DNA of 64,000 nt from Eledone cirrhosa (taxonomy: Eukaryota): the NCBI GenBank assembly GCA_964016885.1, contig OZ024740.1, positions 207,390,001 through 207,454,000 on the forward strand, in the 5' to 3' direction. Positions 26,951 through 40,352 of the stretch are shown one piece after another. The notes below the pieces were generated by a model that ran no database searches, was not told where the DNA came from, and saw only the letters and a list, made by a program, of their open reading frames with translations. The position numbers and the translations under genes are program-made. Positions within the stretch are counted from its first letter, which is position 1. Each line of letters begins with the position of its first letter.

Positions 26951-27270
26951 ATAACTGAGTTTTTCGAATATTAATATTCGATTCGTTTTTGCAATTATGC
27001 AAACAGCCTCTTTAACCCATGTGAGTAGAATGACTTCGTCGTCATTCTTGCTCTTGTGTTGGCATGTAAACAGAACTGCAGACACTAATGTTTCTGCGTG
27101 ATTACCCTTCATCAGTACCGTATATTGTTTACCTGCCAACTGCCAGGGCTAGTGAAAATATATTATATTTTCTGGAATATACAGTGACTGACACAACATG
27201 CTTAAAGAGGCTGTTTGCATAATTGCAAACGAATCGAATATATTATTAATATTCGAAAAACTCAGATATA
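26951..27270 (-). mobile_element. Element of about 320 bp with inverted termini of about 70 bp and an internal hammerhead-like motif (27075-27121)
   Basis: CTGAGTTTTTCGAATATTAAT...GCAAACAGCCTCTTTAA is mirrored at 27197-27267. Minus strand reads ACGGTA-CTGATGA-AGGGT AATC ACGCA-GAAA-CA TTAG TG-TC-TGCAGT. Confidence 0.7.
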
Positions 27271-27316
27271 CATTTCTTGTATTCAGCCATGTAGAGCGAT
27301 AAAACTATTTGTTATA

Positions 27317-27366
<50 letters not shown>

Positions 27367-27587
27367 TGAAAAATTCAGGACCCGACGGCCGAGCTCCGGC
27401 CGTTTCAACAGCTAGATCCGCCTCCATTATATATATTACAACATAGGAATTACAGCGTACTCGCAGCATCACTATGAAAACGCCTTGTTGAGTCAAACTT
27501 AGCCAAGCGTTGATATCATCCACTACCCGGAATACCATAACTGGACTACACCTAAGTGGACTGCATATAACTATTATTTGTTACCCC

Positions 27588-27630
<43 letters not shown>

Positions 27631-27633
<3 letters not shown>

Positions 27634-28473
27634 GGTGCGGACGATATTTGTTCGCAAGATTACTGTCTAGGAAAAATTAACACAGTAGTTTTATTTTTTA
27701 AGATATATTTATCAAACTTGGGTCAGTTTGTCTTCATGACTTGTTCTTTCGATCTTACTCGATAAACCCGCCATTGGCTTTGATGACGGCCTCAAGGCGG
27801 CCTCGGAACCGGCTACAGGCCTTCGTCACTGTCCCCCGACTTATTCCCCTAAAGGCACTTGTGATCCTGGCCTTCAGATCGTCTTTCGTATTGCAGCTAG
27901 ATCTGTTGGTGTCTCGTTCCACTGCGCCCCACACAAAGAAGTCGAAGAGTTGCAGTCAGGCGAGCTGGGAGGCCAGATGTCAGGTGAAGTGTGGTCGACG
28001 AAGTTCTCTGACAGCCAGGCTTGGGTCTTTCGGCTGGTATGGCAGGGCGCAGTCTTGCTGCCACACGTACGGCCTACCTGCAGCTACCTGGTCGATCCAG
28101 GGCTTTACTACCTCGCTCAGAAAGCGGATGTAGCCATCGGCGTTCAGCTTGAGGCCCTCAGGGAAGAAGTGAGGTGGCATGACGTCACCTTGACTGCTGA
28201 CGACACCTAAGACCAATGTTGTCGCTGGAAACTTTGTCTGCATGACTCTGGGCACGTCTTTGGATGAGACAGCGAGCCACCTGTTGTTCTGGGAGTTGAT
28301 CTTCTGGTTTTATTTGTCCTCCCGGTTCAAAATTATTCATAATCAATTATTCTGAAAATAAATAATGGAAATATAGTCACTGTTTTTATGAAGACAAGAG
28401 TGACAGCGGAAGTAAAAAAAATTTGCATAAAATTAGCAGTTGAAAATTGCGAACAAATATCGTCCGCACCCTG
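27631..28473 (-). mobile_element. Internally deleted Tc1/mariner-superfamily transposon (maT/DD37D-like), catalytic C-terminal half only
   Basis: Perfect 27-bp TIR CAGGGTGCGGACGATATTTGTTCGCAA in (TA)n. Motifs NSQNNRW, YVWQQD, WPPSSPDCN, DFFVWG, RLEAVIKANGGFIE*. Confidence 0.92.
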
Positions 28474-29049
28474 TATATATATATATGCAGATACTAATAC
28501 ACACATACTCCCAAAACGAACGTAACAGGTAGACAAACATAGCAAGTTGATAAAGATCGATAGGGAGCGATAAAATGAATACAAGACTAAATACTAGGTC
28601 AATATAATTGACTAAAACCTTAAAAGGCGGTGCTCCAGCATCACCACACACCAATGAATAAGATTTGTAAAATAAATTATATGCTTTTAAAAACGCATTT
28701 CGTATTATTAAAAAAAAATACTGGAATAAACTGTTTCTTTCTAAATCTCTCTCTCTCACGTAGTGTCTAAGCAGCCACAGTCACTCATTCTCTCTCTCTC
28801 CCTCTCACGCAGTGTCTAGGCAGCCATAGCCACTCATTCTCTCTTTCTCTGGCACTCCCTCTCTCACGCAGTGTCTAAGCAGCCACAGCCATCATTTTCA
28901 CACATATACAGTAAACACACCTACTTACTGAGAAATAGTCATAAATACTGCCAGGTGTGTTAGTAATGTAATGTTATAGTAATGACGTGAAGGTGTACTT
29001 AATGTGCCGGTAGACAGTAGGTAGGTCATTGTAACACAGTTCAATGTAA

Positions 29050-29550
29050 AGTAGTAGTAGTAGCCCAGTCGTGGTAGTGGTAGTTCAGTCATTATGGTAG
29101 TAGTAGTTCAGTAGTAGTGGTAGTTCAGTGGTGGTAGTGGTAGTTCAGTGGTAGTAGTGGTAGTTCAGTGGTAGTAGTGGTAGTTCAGTGGTGGTAGTGG
29201 TAGTTCAGTCATTATGGTAGTAGTAGTTCAGTAGTAGTGGTAGTTCAGTGGTGGTAGTGGTAGTTCAGTGGTAGTAGTGGTAGTTCAGTGGTGGTAGTGG
29301 TAGTTCAGTGGTGGTAGTGGTAGTTCAGTGGTGGTTCAGTCGTCTTAGAGTAGTAGTAATAGTTGTTTCTACTTTTTAGGCACAAGGCCAGCAATTACCC
29401 AGTGCATTACTGGTACTTTATTTTATCGACCCCGTAAGGATGAAATAGTAGTAATAGTAGTAGTATTTAAGTCATCTTAGTAGTAGTAGTATTTAAGTCA
29501 TCTTAGTAGTAGTAGTATTTAAGTCATCTTAGTAGTAGTGGTATTTAAGT
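29050..29550. repeat. GTA/GTG-rich minisatellites (20-bp TAGTTCAGTGGTGGTAGTGG, then a roughly 25-bp unit) split by a SINE B 3' fragment (about 29362-29446)
   Basis: Direct periodicity. Confidence 0.85.
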
Positions 29551-29927
29551 GGTCTATCAAGCGGTGGTTTTGATGTATCAACCTTTCCTATAAACCCTTT
29601 TCTCATTCCACACATTCTATCTAGCACATTCCATGCTCTAATATCACGTCTGATAAACAGCCAGGTGCGATAAATTACACGTGTCCAGGTGTAATAAACA
29701 GATCACGACCAGGTGTAAGAAACCATAACGTGCGTCTGTGATAAACAACATATTTCTATTGGTGATAAACTATGTAAGTCCAAGTGTGATACACCACAGG
29801 TCCATGTAGGTAAACAACACAAACCTCACAGACTGATTGAACACACACGTGCCACCCCACCCCCAGAAAAAAAAAACATCTGTTCCTTCTTCTTCTCACT
29901 GTCCTCTAACTTTATATTTCTTATTTT

Positions 29928-29965
29928 ATCTTTTGATGAAGGACAAGCGTCCGAAGCGTTAAGAT
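29928..29965 (+). ncRNA. Degenerate minimal hammerhead (two core mutations)
   Basis: ATCTT-TTGATGA-A-GGAC AAGC GTCC-GAAG-CGTT-AAGAT; stems I and II pair perfectly. Confidence 0.5.
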
Positions 29966-30028
29966 TTTTTTTATGTCAAGCGTTAAACTAATATATACCT
30001 TCATTATACTTTCCGTTTACACATACAC

Positions 30029-30064
<36 letters not shown>

Positions 30065-30256
30065 CATATATATACCCACACATATACATATATACACATA
30101 TATATATACAAACACACATATATACACATATATATACACACATATATACACACACACACACACATATATATATATACATATACACACACATGTATATATA
30201 CATATATACACACACACACATGTATATATACATATATATATACACACACACATGTA

Positions 30257-30325
30257 TTTATCACAGGGTCATCAGACATGACCCTGTGATAAACAGGCGA
30301 AACTCCAGGGTAATAAGACTCACTT
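30257..30325. repeat. Perfect 16-bp hairpin centred on a hammerhead core
   Basis: TTTATCACAGGGTCAT-CAGAC-ATGACCCTGTGATAAA, then CAGGC-GAAA-CTCCAGGGTA; the minus arm reads GTCTGATGA. Confidence 0.7.
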
Positions 30326-30666
30326 TTTAGCCTTAATAAAATGAATATCAAAACTCTACTTCGGTACTGAGTACTCGTTTTTCTCAGTCGCCAATTACAC
30401 ACACACACATTATATATATATATATACATATGTATGTATGTATGTTCTGGTTTTATAATTTCACAAAGTTTTACCAATAGAGAGAGAGTCGGTTTCTAAC
30501 ATAGACACAAGACTCTCTCATTGGAATTTACACATCAACTAGGTAGATATGTATGTATGCATGCATGTGTAGATATGGATGTTATTGTATGTGTGGATGT
30601 GTATGTTTTGAGTTGTATGTGTGCATGTGTATATGCTTTGTATCTGTACATGTGTATATGCAGTTA

Positions 30667-33600
30667 TTAGATGCAACATTTTTGGAATGTTTTACATATT
30701 TTTACTGTTCCATTAATGGATTGTACTTGTAGTTTCCTAACTAGTTGTGTTCTTTCTGTTCCTGTGAAGCCTAGCTTCTCAAGATTTGTATTGAGGCAGT
30801 TACTAACATATCCCAGAGCCCCAATAATCACAGGCATAAATCTGAAGGTGTAATCAGGGTGGAGTATCTGCAGATTTTTCATCAGTTCTGCATAAATATT
30901 CCACTAATCTTTATATTATATTGCCATCTGCTGGGCAGCTAATTTCCACTACTGTGCATGTTTTCTTCTCCCTGTCCCATATCATAATATCTGGTCTGTT
31001 ATGCCTGCATTTTATTGGGGATTTTACTGGAACATTCCACCAGTACTCTTTCATATTATGTACATGGATGTCTTCCACATTGTTGTAGCTTTTAATGTGT
31101 TTATTATCGGGGCTATCTTTTTTACGAACTGCATTGTACAGTGTTTTGGCCACTACATCATGCCTCATAGGTAGATAGTACCGCGATGACATCTTTGGAC
31201 AGCTGCTGATGATATGGGTGATATCCTCGATGTTAGTTCTGCAGAGTCTGCACTTGTTATCACATCTAGGTGTTTTGCTTGCATTCCTATCTCTTTTGTG
31301 AATCAGGTATTTCGTGCTAATCTCCTGTTCTTGGATTGCAAAAGCGTATCCTTCAAAGTGGGAGCCAACATATCCATGCATGATTTTTTGCTGATAGGCA
31401 TGCAGTTTTTCATCCATGGATTCACTGCGATACTGCTGAGCGACATCCCTGGGTGTGAGTTTTTGATTATCACACAGGGAATATCTCTCAAGGAGTTCCT
31501 TCCCAACTTTCATGATTTTATCTGTTTCATGCAGATAGACTTGCTCGAGAAGCGGGCTCCTACGCTTCGAGGTTCGTAGATGTTGTCGGAGAGATATGAT
31601 GCGACATTCAAATGATGTCTGGACTGATGTTGTCTGGAGCCACTGTTTTGTTTTGCGCAGAGTTCTGATGACCAGATCTTTCTTAATCGGGTGTAGTATT
31701 CCCTGGTTACGCGTTCTTTATTACAGATACCACTATAGGATATGTTCTCATCTATCCCCAGGTATCTGTAGCAGTCCTCATCAGATATCGGTGAAACAGT
31801 TAGACCATTGATGACAATGTTGCTAGATTGGGTTGTTGTTTTTCCCCGCTTTACAGTCATGTATGAGCATATATCTTGGCCAAACTCCATTCTTATATCC
31901 TTTGAGAACGTTATAACCAGGTCAAGATTTTTCTTCATCCCATTCAGATTGTCCACAAAGAAGTTATGGGTTAGGTTCGTATTTTTGTTCTCCTGTGAGC
32001 CAATGATGTATCCCTCACATTTCTTGAGCAGAAAGGACAAGGGGTTTAATGACAAGATAAATAATATCACAGAGAGACTGACCCCTGAAATATACCCCTG
32101 CAATATTTTATTTTATCAGTGAAAATAGAGTCCTCCCTCTCTGTCGTTAACCTTAGGTTAGTAGCCCAAGAAGAAGACAGCCTCTCTATGGCTCTGACAA
32201 TAATGTCTGGGACTTTAGAGAGTTGGAGGGCCTCTATCATCCAATAGGGGGGAACAGAATCGAAAGCTTTCCTGTAGTCCAGCCAGACTGTAGTCATATT
32301 CCTCCTAAGTTGTCGCACCTCCGACATCGCAGTTTTGTTGATTAGGAGTTGTTCAGCACATCCCCAAACCCTTTTCTTTCCAGCTGCTTGTTCATCTGTG
32401 ATGATGTTATTATTTTCACAGTGATGTTGGAGGAATAGGTTCAGGCAGGCTGTATACATCTTATACATCAGGTTCTGGCATGCAATGGGTCGGTAGTTTT
32501 TTGCCAAGTGGGTGTCTTTGTTCTTGGGGACCAGTAACGTTTGTGCTAATGTCAACCATTCTGGTATAAGTGTATCTCCCTTAAGAACTTGTTGGTAGAG
32601 GTCAGTAAGATACCTCCGATAGAATATTAGTTTTTTGTACCAGTAGCCGACAATCATGTCTCTTCCTGGTGTTTTCTTATCTTGGAGTTTTCCTATCACA
32701 GTCTCAGGGGTACCCTCACTTATTTCGCATGTTTTTGTTGTAGTGTAGGAGCAATAGTTCTTTCGGATTTCTCTTAGCCACACTGCATCTTGGTGGAAAT
32801 TTTTCTTTTCACCCCATATTTTTCTCCAAAAGGAATCTATGTCTTTCTGGGACGGGGCCTCAGTGACACTTATTATTTTGCCCTTCATATCTCTATAGAC
32901 TGATGTTTGGTTTCGTCTGAATCTTTTATTAAGCAGTTTTCTCTCATCTACCTGCTTCAGGTATCGGGTTTTTCGCTAACAGCTCTCAATTCTTGTTTGA
33001 AGGTGATCAGCTTATATTGGAGAGTTTTGGTTCTACTGTTACCAAATATCGTCTCTATTTTATTTTTCACTCTTTGTTGGTGAGGAGTGAGGTTTTTTTT
33101 GTGTTTGTTTGCATGTAAGGAACATTGTCACATGTCCTGTGTTTTTTCGTAGGTCAGCACTCTTTTTTTCTATTTTAGTTATATATGATGGTATTTTTGG
33201 TGGTGTTTTGTTCTTGTTAATATCTCTGCTATTACCAAGATAATGCTTCACTGTCATTGCTAAGGCATATAAACAGTCGTTGATTTGCCAAAATGTTGGG
33301 GTTTTTATCCGTCGTAAATATTCATCCCTATTTCGTCAATAACACATAGTATTTCATTATTTGGTTTTTTATTCACCATTGTCATTTTAACACGTTCAGC
33401 AAGAGAGATATTTATACATGAGTTAATTTCTCTCTGGAAGATTCGTTGAGGGAAATTTTCAATTTTTTATACTTTTGAATATCATTATCGATAGTATTTT
33501 CCACAACAGTCGAGGTAGACTCGGATGGTATACGTGGTGTCACATTTATTCGATTATTATTATTATTGGCAGTATCGGTAGAGGGTCGGACGCCATGCTT

Positions 33601-34215
33601 TGACGCATAGAGTTACGGCCCTTGCCATTCTGAGTTCAAATCCCGCTGCTGAGGTTAACTTTGCCTTTCATCCTTACGGGGTCGATAAAATAAAGTACCA
33701 GTAATGTACTGTGTAATTTCTGGCCTTGTGCCAATAGTAGAAACAATTATTATTATTTCTTCGATTATTATTATTATCGAGGTAGACTTAGATGGTACAA
33801 GTGGTGTCAAGTTTCTTACAGACATAGTTGTTTCAAGGCGCTGTTCGACCTGGCTGCTAGGAAGTCTAGTAGCATGGCGACCTGTAGCACGTGTTGTTGA
33901 TTCCATGTTTGTTGTGGGGGGACTTACAATTAATAATATTTATCTTATTTTTACGTTCAACAAACGTCGTTTGTTGGCGTAATTGTTTCGCTGTGAAATA
34001 ATTTAGCTCTGGGTACATTTCGTCCCAGTGTAGCTTCATTCTATTCATATAGCCAATGGAGGGATTGTTTTTTGCCATTTTATAACAATTAAATAAATCA
34101 TTAAGTTCACAACTCCAATAGAAATGCGATTTATAATTTCGGTTTCTTCTGTAGCTACAACTGAATAAAGTTTGATTACCTTCTTTGTTATTTGTCTTCG
34201 ATACTTCCTTAATTT
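30667..34215 (-). mobile_element. Decayed R4/Dong-clade non-LTR retrotransposon (RT, zinc knuckle, RLE)
   Basis: KTPGRD, NYRPIAC, WLDYRKAFDSVP, GIFQG, YRYLG, CRLC..EDITHIISSC, MRHD, NRPDI, VEISCP, PVIIGALG. Multiple frameshifts and deletions, including in the YxDD region. Confidence 0.9.
33567..33759 (+). mobile_element. SINE family B nested in the R4 element, 18-bp TSD
   Basis: TSD TTCGATTATTATTATTAT at 33549-33566 and 33760-33777. Confidence 0.9.
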
Positions 34216-34720
34216 TTTTATGTTGATGTGTGTGTGTGTGTGTAAACAAATCACGTGTGGTTTAGAGGACGGTGTCGATTGCAATATGAAAACTGTGCTG
34301 GACTAGCAGCTTTCATGGTATTTTTTTTTTTACTACAGAAAATAGTCTAATAGCGGGGTGTACAAGTAATCCCCATACGTGGAAATATATAGGTTTATAC
34401 CTTAAAGAATTAGACAAATTAAAGATTCGTTTGTTTTTTCTTTCCCAAACAGCAATAGGAATTGTGCATAATTTGTTTTTGAAAGACTACTGTTGGATAT
34501 ATATATATATAAAATATTAAAAATATTATCTTGACTCTGTACTCCGTTTATCTTTCACCGAAAGTGATTTTTGAATGCATCTCTTCTTTCCATGATATCC
34601 AGATTACATTGAGTTCTTCATACGGATTGGACACTACCGTAAACTTTTGGTAGATTTATCTATATATATATATATGCATATGTATGCATATGTATATATA
34701 TATGTATATATATATATATA

Positions 34721-35237
34721 TATGTGCATGCTACTGTACGTCTGTATACATATATGTATGTACGTATACATGCATACTTACATTTAAGTAAGTGCCATAC
34801 TAAGAGTGAGAAATGAAATTTCGTTTTCATTTTGTTTCAATTTATCGTTTTCAGTATGCCTGACCGATTTAACTCACTCAATATGCAAATTAGGCTGCTC
34901 AGCCGTTAATTTTCATAAGGAAAGTATATACTTTCGAACGTTCAACTATCTGGCAGATGGGTAAACGGTGCTGATGATAGCTAACAAGCTTGAAACTAGT
35001 ACATCGTTCCTGTGTCAGTGTTGAACAAAAAGGTGACGTGGTTGCCTTAACACCGTATGGCATAAATTCAGGCTGTTCAGTTTGTTTACAAACGAACAAA
35101 GCGACGTTAGCGCCGCTAAACTGATACGTGCATATATGTATGTGTACCTGTATGCATATGTATATATATATATATATGTGCATGCTACTGTACGTCTGTA
35201 TACATATATGTATGTACGTATACATGCATACTTACAT
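34721..35237 (+). mobile_element. Terminally redundant 454-bp unit carrying a hammerhead (retrozyme/PLE pLTR-like)
   Basis: 63-bp direct repeat at 34721-34783 and 35175-35237; hammerhead at 34964-35008. Confidence 0.7.
34964..35008 (+). ncRNA. Minimal type I hammerhead ribozyme motif with intact core
   Basis: Stem I AACGGTG/CATCGTT; CTGATGA at 34971-34977; stem II AGCT AACA AGCT; GAAA; palindromic stem III ACTAGT; predicted cleavage after GUA (35001). Confidence 0.8.
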
Positions 35238-35567
35238 ATATATATATATATATATATATAAGATGTTTTTGATTTATGTAAATAAAGCCTTTTATAACCG
35301 GAACTATTTACTAATACAAATAAGGAAGTGGGCTCATTCTCCCTTATATACACCTGGTCCGGACACAAAAGAACCAAACTTCCACTGTTACTATTGTGGG
35401 GGCCCACGCGCTCCCCACTCCGCCCCACGGCTCCGGCGAAAAGAATAGAGAAAGCGTATCCCCGGGGAATGGTGAGGGAGACGCGCTGGAAGATCTATTC
35501 CAGCGAAGCTAACTACCCGACCTGTACAAACCAGTGATAATCGGAATCCAGGATCAGCTTTGTGTGG

Positions 35568-35612
<45 letters not shown>

Positions 35613-35759
35613 GTGAAATTAGAGCATCTAGGGAGCGAATTAAAAACAAAGTTTTTCGACAAAATCAGATCAATAAATGAATACCAAAGATGAAAGAAAA
35701 AAATACAGGCCGCAATCTAATGACTGTAACCAGTAAAAGAATATGTGTATGTGTGTGAG

Positions 35760-35949
35760 TCTCGGTTCAGTTGGGGGGGGGGGGAATCACAATTTGTAAG
35801 GTACCCAAGACATTAGTATAGTGTAAACATCATGTTTAATAAAGAAATGGCATCTACAGGACTAGAACTGTTTCATTCAAAAGAAATCACCAGGAAAGTT
35901 TTCCTGATGATTTATTTTGAATGAAACAGTTTTAGTCCCGTAGAAGCCA
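35760..35949. mobile_element. Family F fold-back copy
   Basis: Arms at about 35848-35897 and 35900-35949; CTGATGA at 35904. Confidence 0.8.
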
Positions 35950-36246
35950 ACTCTCTCTCTGCGTGTGTGATTCGTACACACGAAATTACATGTTATTAGT
36001 CATCTCTTAACATTTGCCTGAAAGGATAACTAACAACTATCGCTTGCATTTCTGCAGGCTTTGTCAGTACATGAAACCATTGGTTGCAGAGGTTATAATA
36101 TTGTGTATACAAATTGTATTAGCTCTGATTAGGATTACAAAACGCTTCTCTTTTATTTGCTTTTTGATATTACCGCTGCACGCTCACACATGCACGAGAT
36201 AAATTCACGGTGACTAACCTGGAAGTTTCGCCAGTAACTCCTCGCC

Positions 36247-36715
36247 AGAGAAAGAGAAAAGGTTTTGTGAGAGAGTTTGGGGAAAAGTCCAAAAGTTGGT
36301 CACGGCGAATTAAATCGGGGTTGAGCCGGTGGTACTCCACGGTGGTGTAGAGGCCGTGTAAGCGTGTATATATATTTTAAAGTTGAGACAGTCAAAATCA
36401 CTTTTCTGTTTACTGTCTCAACTTTAAAATATATATACACGCTTACACGGCCTCTACACCACCGTGGAGTACCACCTTCGACCACCGGCTCAACCCCGAT
36501 TTAATTCGCCGTGACCAACTTCTGGACTTTTCCCCAAACTCTCACAAAACCTTTTCTCTTTCTCTTCCTGCCCACTTTTCTCCTGATGAAGGGCTTATGC
36601 CCGAAACGTCGTCCGCCACCCCCACTCTCAAGCGTGAAACTAATATTACCATTTGTACTGCTTCTTCGCTTCCTCGTTTTTTTGTTTTGTTTACTGTCTC
36701 AACTTTAACAAATAT
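36247..36715 (+). mobile_element. Palindrome with arms of about 145 bp plus a 281-bp terminally redundant unit with a hammerhead core (Penelope-like inverted pLTR structure)
   Basis: Arms at 36247-36392 and 36412-36565. TGTTTACTGTCTCAACTTTAA at 36407 and 36688. CTGATGA-A-GGGC TTAT GCCC-GAAA-CGTC at 36583-36610. Confidence 0.8.
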
Positions 36716-37298
36716 ATATATATATATATATGGACACATATATATATAAACAAACAAACACAGAGAGACAGATGAGAGAGAGATTTACAAAGTCAAGAAA
36801 AAAAATCTAACTCCACATACCTACCAGTCAAGATGAGTCTAAGAACGTGAAGCTGTACAAACAATAACATAGAAAGTCATGCCATTATTTATTATTTTAC
36901 AAATGAATAAATAAATAATATAGTTGACTCGGTGAATGAGTGTGATGGCGGAATAGAAACGAAGGCGAGACAAAGGAATTCCAGAGAGATAGGCTTGTTT
37001 CGTTTACTTAACGGTTACTAACTTATATTACATTTTCAATGTCAAATACATTATATATATATACAAACACATACAATTTTTTCAATATGACGAAATTTTT
37101 TTCAATCCCCGGCCACATGCTCAATGTGTTAGGTCGATCTCATTATAAAAGTTTTTCGTTACAACGAATTCTTTATAGCCCGTGAATTTCGTAATAACGG
37201 AATTTTACAGTATATATATATATATATATATATTATAAAAATTATAAAAAATAAACCAAAGAAGCCTTCAATACATCAAAAGTCTTTATTAGCCAACA

Positions 37299-37364
<66 letters not shown>

Positions 37365-38464
37365 TAGGTGTGTAACTAGTTACCTGTGGTGCGTCGTTCG
37401 AAGCACTCAATGCAGTCACGAGGTCCGTTTCGTTTGAGTTGTATTCCAGTATTACGGCTGTAGTGTGCAGAGTGTAAATAGATTTTAAATAGTCGACGTC
37501 AGTGTATGTACTGCCTTTATTTGCATATTACAATTATTTCGATATCGATCAGCTCAGGGTACAATCAAGACGACGGGGCCCTAATCTTTTTCGACATCTC
37601 GTCAAATATGCGAGCTTATATGTGCAAAGACATATATAAATATATATGCATGTGTGTGACATAACTAGTGTGTCCTGTCGTCACTTTTTACAACTGTTTT
37701 ATTAATTATAGAAAAACGGTGAATCCATTCAGAAGGAGGGGTTAAAGAATTAACACATTCCTTACCCATAGTGACTTTGAACTTAGTATTTAGTAGTAGT
37801 AAATGTCAACCAAAGGGTGGAGACTATACTAGCAAAATACAAACCAAAAATCAATAGAGATACATGAGACATGAATTTAACTTTGTAATAAATCTACAAG
37901 GATTAACCGTTGAATAACCTGACTTTGAAGATTTTACTAGTATTTCTATTATCCTCTGCCACATACAGCAAAAGCGCACGAATAGACGCTATTATTGAAA
38001 TAGTTTTATTCAGAGAGCACGACCGAAAAGTTCTTGAAACTTTAATAATGGACTAATGGATTTAGGAATGTTTTGTTCCAAACTAAACATAGAAGACTTC
38101 TACAGTAAGTAAATATGAAAAATCTTTTAATAAAAATATTGAGCTGTAAACACGGCCATGTCTTTCATATAACAAGTTTGAAAGAAACTTTGCGTCCTAT
38201 TTATACCCAATATAAATAAATACGCTATACACAACATATACATATTTAAGCACTTACGGTCTTTTCCTATATATATATATATATATACACGTATGTGTCA
38301 ACTCATACGATATATATGAAAAGGCAGGAAACTTGCTTGACCAGATTCAAGTTATTTATGCCAATAAACCTGACATTACTTTTCACTTTTTTCTTTCTTT
38401 GCCGCCAGTTTTTGTGCGTGTATAATTCATGCATTGCATTAGTATTTTTGTGTATGTACGTGTA

Positions 38465-38507
<43 letters not shown>

Positions 38508-38534
38508 AATATTGAAAGGCTTAAAAAGAGCGTG

Positions 38535-38575
<41 letters not shown>

Positions 38576-38629
38576 TACATATATGTGCGCATGTAGGGTA
38601 TGCGTTATGTGTAGCTATCATATATGGTA

Positions 38630-38810
38630 GAGTGGTGGATTAGCAGTATTGGTAGAGTGTCAGACACCATGCTTTGCAGCATAGAGTTATGGCCTTTTAC
38701 GTTCTGAGTTCAAATCCCGCCGATGTTAATTTTGCCTTTAATCCTTACGAGGTCGATAAAATAATTTACTGGAATAATTGCTGGCCTTGTGCCAAAAGTA
38801 GAAATAATTA
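38630..38810 (+). mobile_element. SINE family B
   Basis: A and B boxes plus body as in 16387-16563. Confidence 0.85.
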
Positions 38811-38927
38811 TGTATGGTAGAAACCTGCTCTTCTATCTATGCTAAAGATATCTAGATGTATTTCTGTCTGTTTCCAGTAATGGACTGGCAGAATGTTTTG
38901 CTCTATTTAGTTACGGCTGTTTACGTT

Positions 38928-38968
<41 letters not shown>

Positions 38969-39263
38969 CTCATACATAAAGAAATAGAATACACAGCAAA
39001 CCCCCCAATGTTACATATTAAACTCAGCTTGGTGCAAGTAATTGGAATTGAAAAGTTATACATATAGATATTAAATTCAAAAATTCTAACCATCCTAAAA
39101 CTAAAATGCCGAGCTGAGAGCACAAATAAATTGCTACAGCCAATGCAGGTGGTCCGGGCAATTGACCCCTTTGCCCCACGTTAACTCCGACCCTATCCCC
39201 ACCCGCTCTGCCAAAAAAGAATTGCTACTGACCTTATGTCAGTATTAGAAATCATTATTGGTT

Positions 39264-39338
39264 ATCCTTACGGGGTCGATAAAATAAAGTACCAGTAATG
39301 CACTGGTAATTGCTGGCCTTGTGCCTAAAGTAGAAACA
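39264..39338 (+). mobile_element. 5'-truncated SINE family B with 10-bp TSD
   Basis: ATTATTGGTT at 39254-39263 and 39339-39348. Confidence 0.85.
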
Positions 39339-40109
39339 ATTATTGGTTTAGGGTAATGGGTTTATTATTAAGTGACATGAAACATCACCTGACATGCCGA
39401 CATCTTGTCTTTTGCTTCAACAAATATGACAGAATCAGTTGCAGATTACTGTCGAAAATCCTGGCTACTAGTGCCAAACCACAACACGGAAGTAATAATA
39501 GGTAATACACACATACAGACGTACAAACATATGTGAGTATGTGTATACTATACTCAATGAAATTCTGTGTGTACATATTGAGCACTTTGGTGTTTTAGAC
39601 GTCAAGAGAAAGAAAAGAAATCGTCCATATATTCCATAAATGTTTGAACAGCAATGTTTTAGCAAATAACAGCCGTAACAATAGAGAGGAAGAAGGTGAA
39701 TGAGGCGAGGGGTACCGAGGAAGGAAAACAAACAAAAAAATACAAGTAAACGTCAAGTTAGGTTTTCGTAAACTATCAAAATAATGACGAAAGATATCGA
39801 TCACGGAAGGAAATCAATAAAAAAAAAATCAAGAGATTTGAGGAAAGAGTTGGAAAGTGGAGAATTTGCTGGCAAAAACCATCGAAATCTTTTTTCTCAG
39901 TCAGCTTTCAATATAAACTAGAGATGGCTTAGAGACGAGTACTACATGGTCACTTGGCCTGCTAAAAATAGCAGCCAAATCTCCCACAAATTTTATCCTG
40001 CCGTCTTAAAATAGGGATGTATTGGAAAATGTGGTGTCCAAGGTATACCAAGTCTTTAAAAATATCAGGATGATCATAGTTCTTATCAGGCGAAACAGAA
40101 CAACAATAA

Positions 40110-40352
40110 CAATAATTGTTTCTACTTTAGGCACAAGGCCAGCAATTTGAAGTGTGCGTGTGTTGGGGGGGGGGGGGGGGGGGGCTCGATTAAATCGACC
40201 TCAGTGCATTACTGGTACTTTATTTTATCGATCCAGTAAGGATGAAAGGCAAAGCTAACCGGGGCAGGATTTGAACTCAGACCGTAAAGGGCCATAACTC
40301 TATGCTGCGAAGCATGGTGTCTGACGCTTTACCGATACTGCCAATCCACCGA
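40110..40352 (-). mobile_element. SINE family B, long variant with G-run insert
   Basis: Reverse complement of the family B head and tail. Confidence 0.85.

Noticed and set aside
35395-35525. GC-rich stretch with hairpin CGCTGGAA/TTCCAGCG followed by GCTAA (HDV-ribozyme-like)
   Set aside because: P1, P2 and P3 of the nested pseudoknot could not be paired by eye.
39388-39460. Possible minus-strand exon (IFDSNLQLILSYLLKQK...)
   Set aside because: Weak acceptor and no recognisable protein signal.
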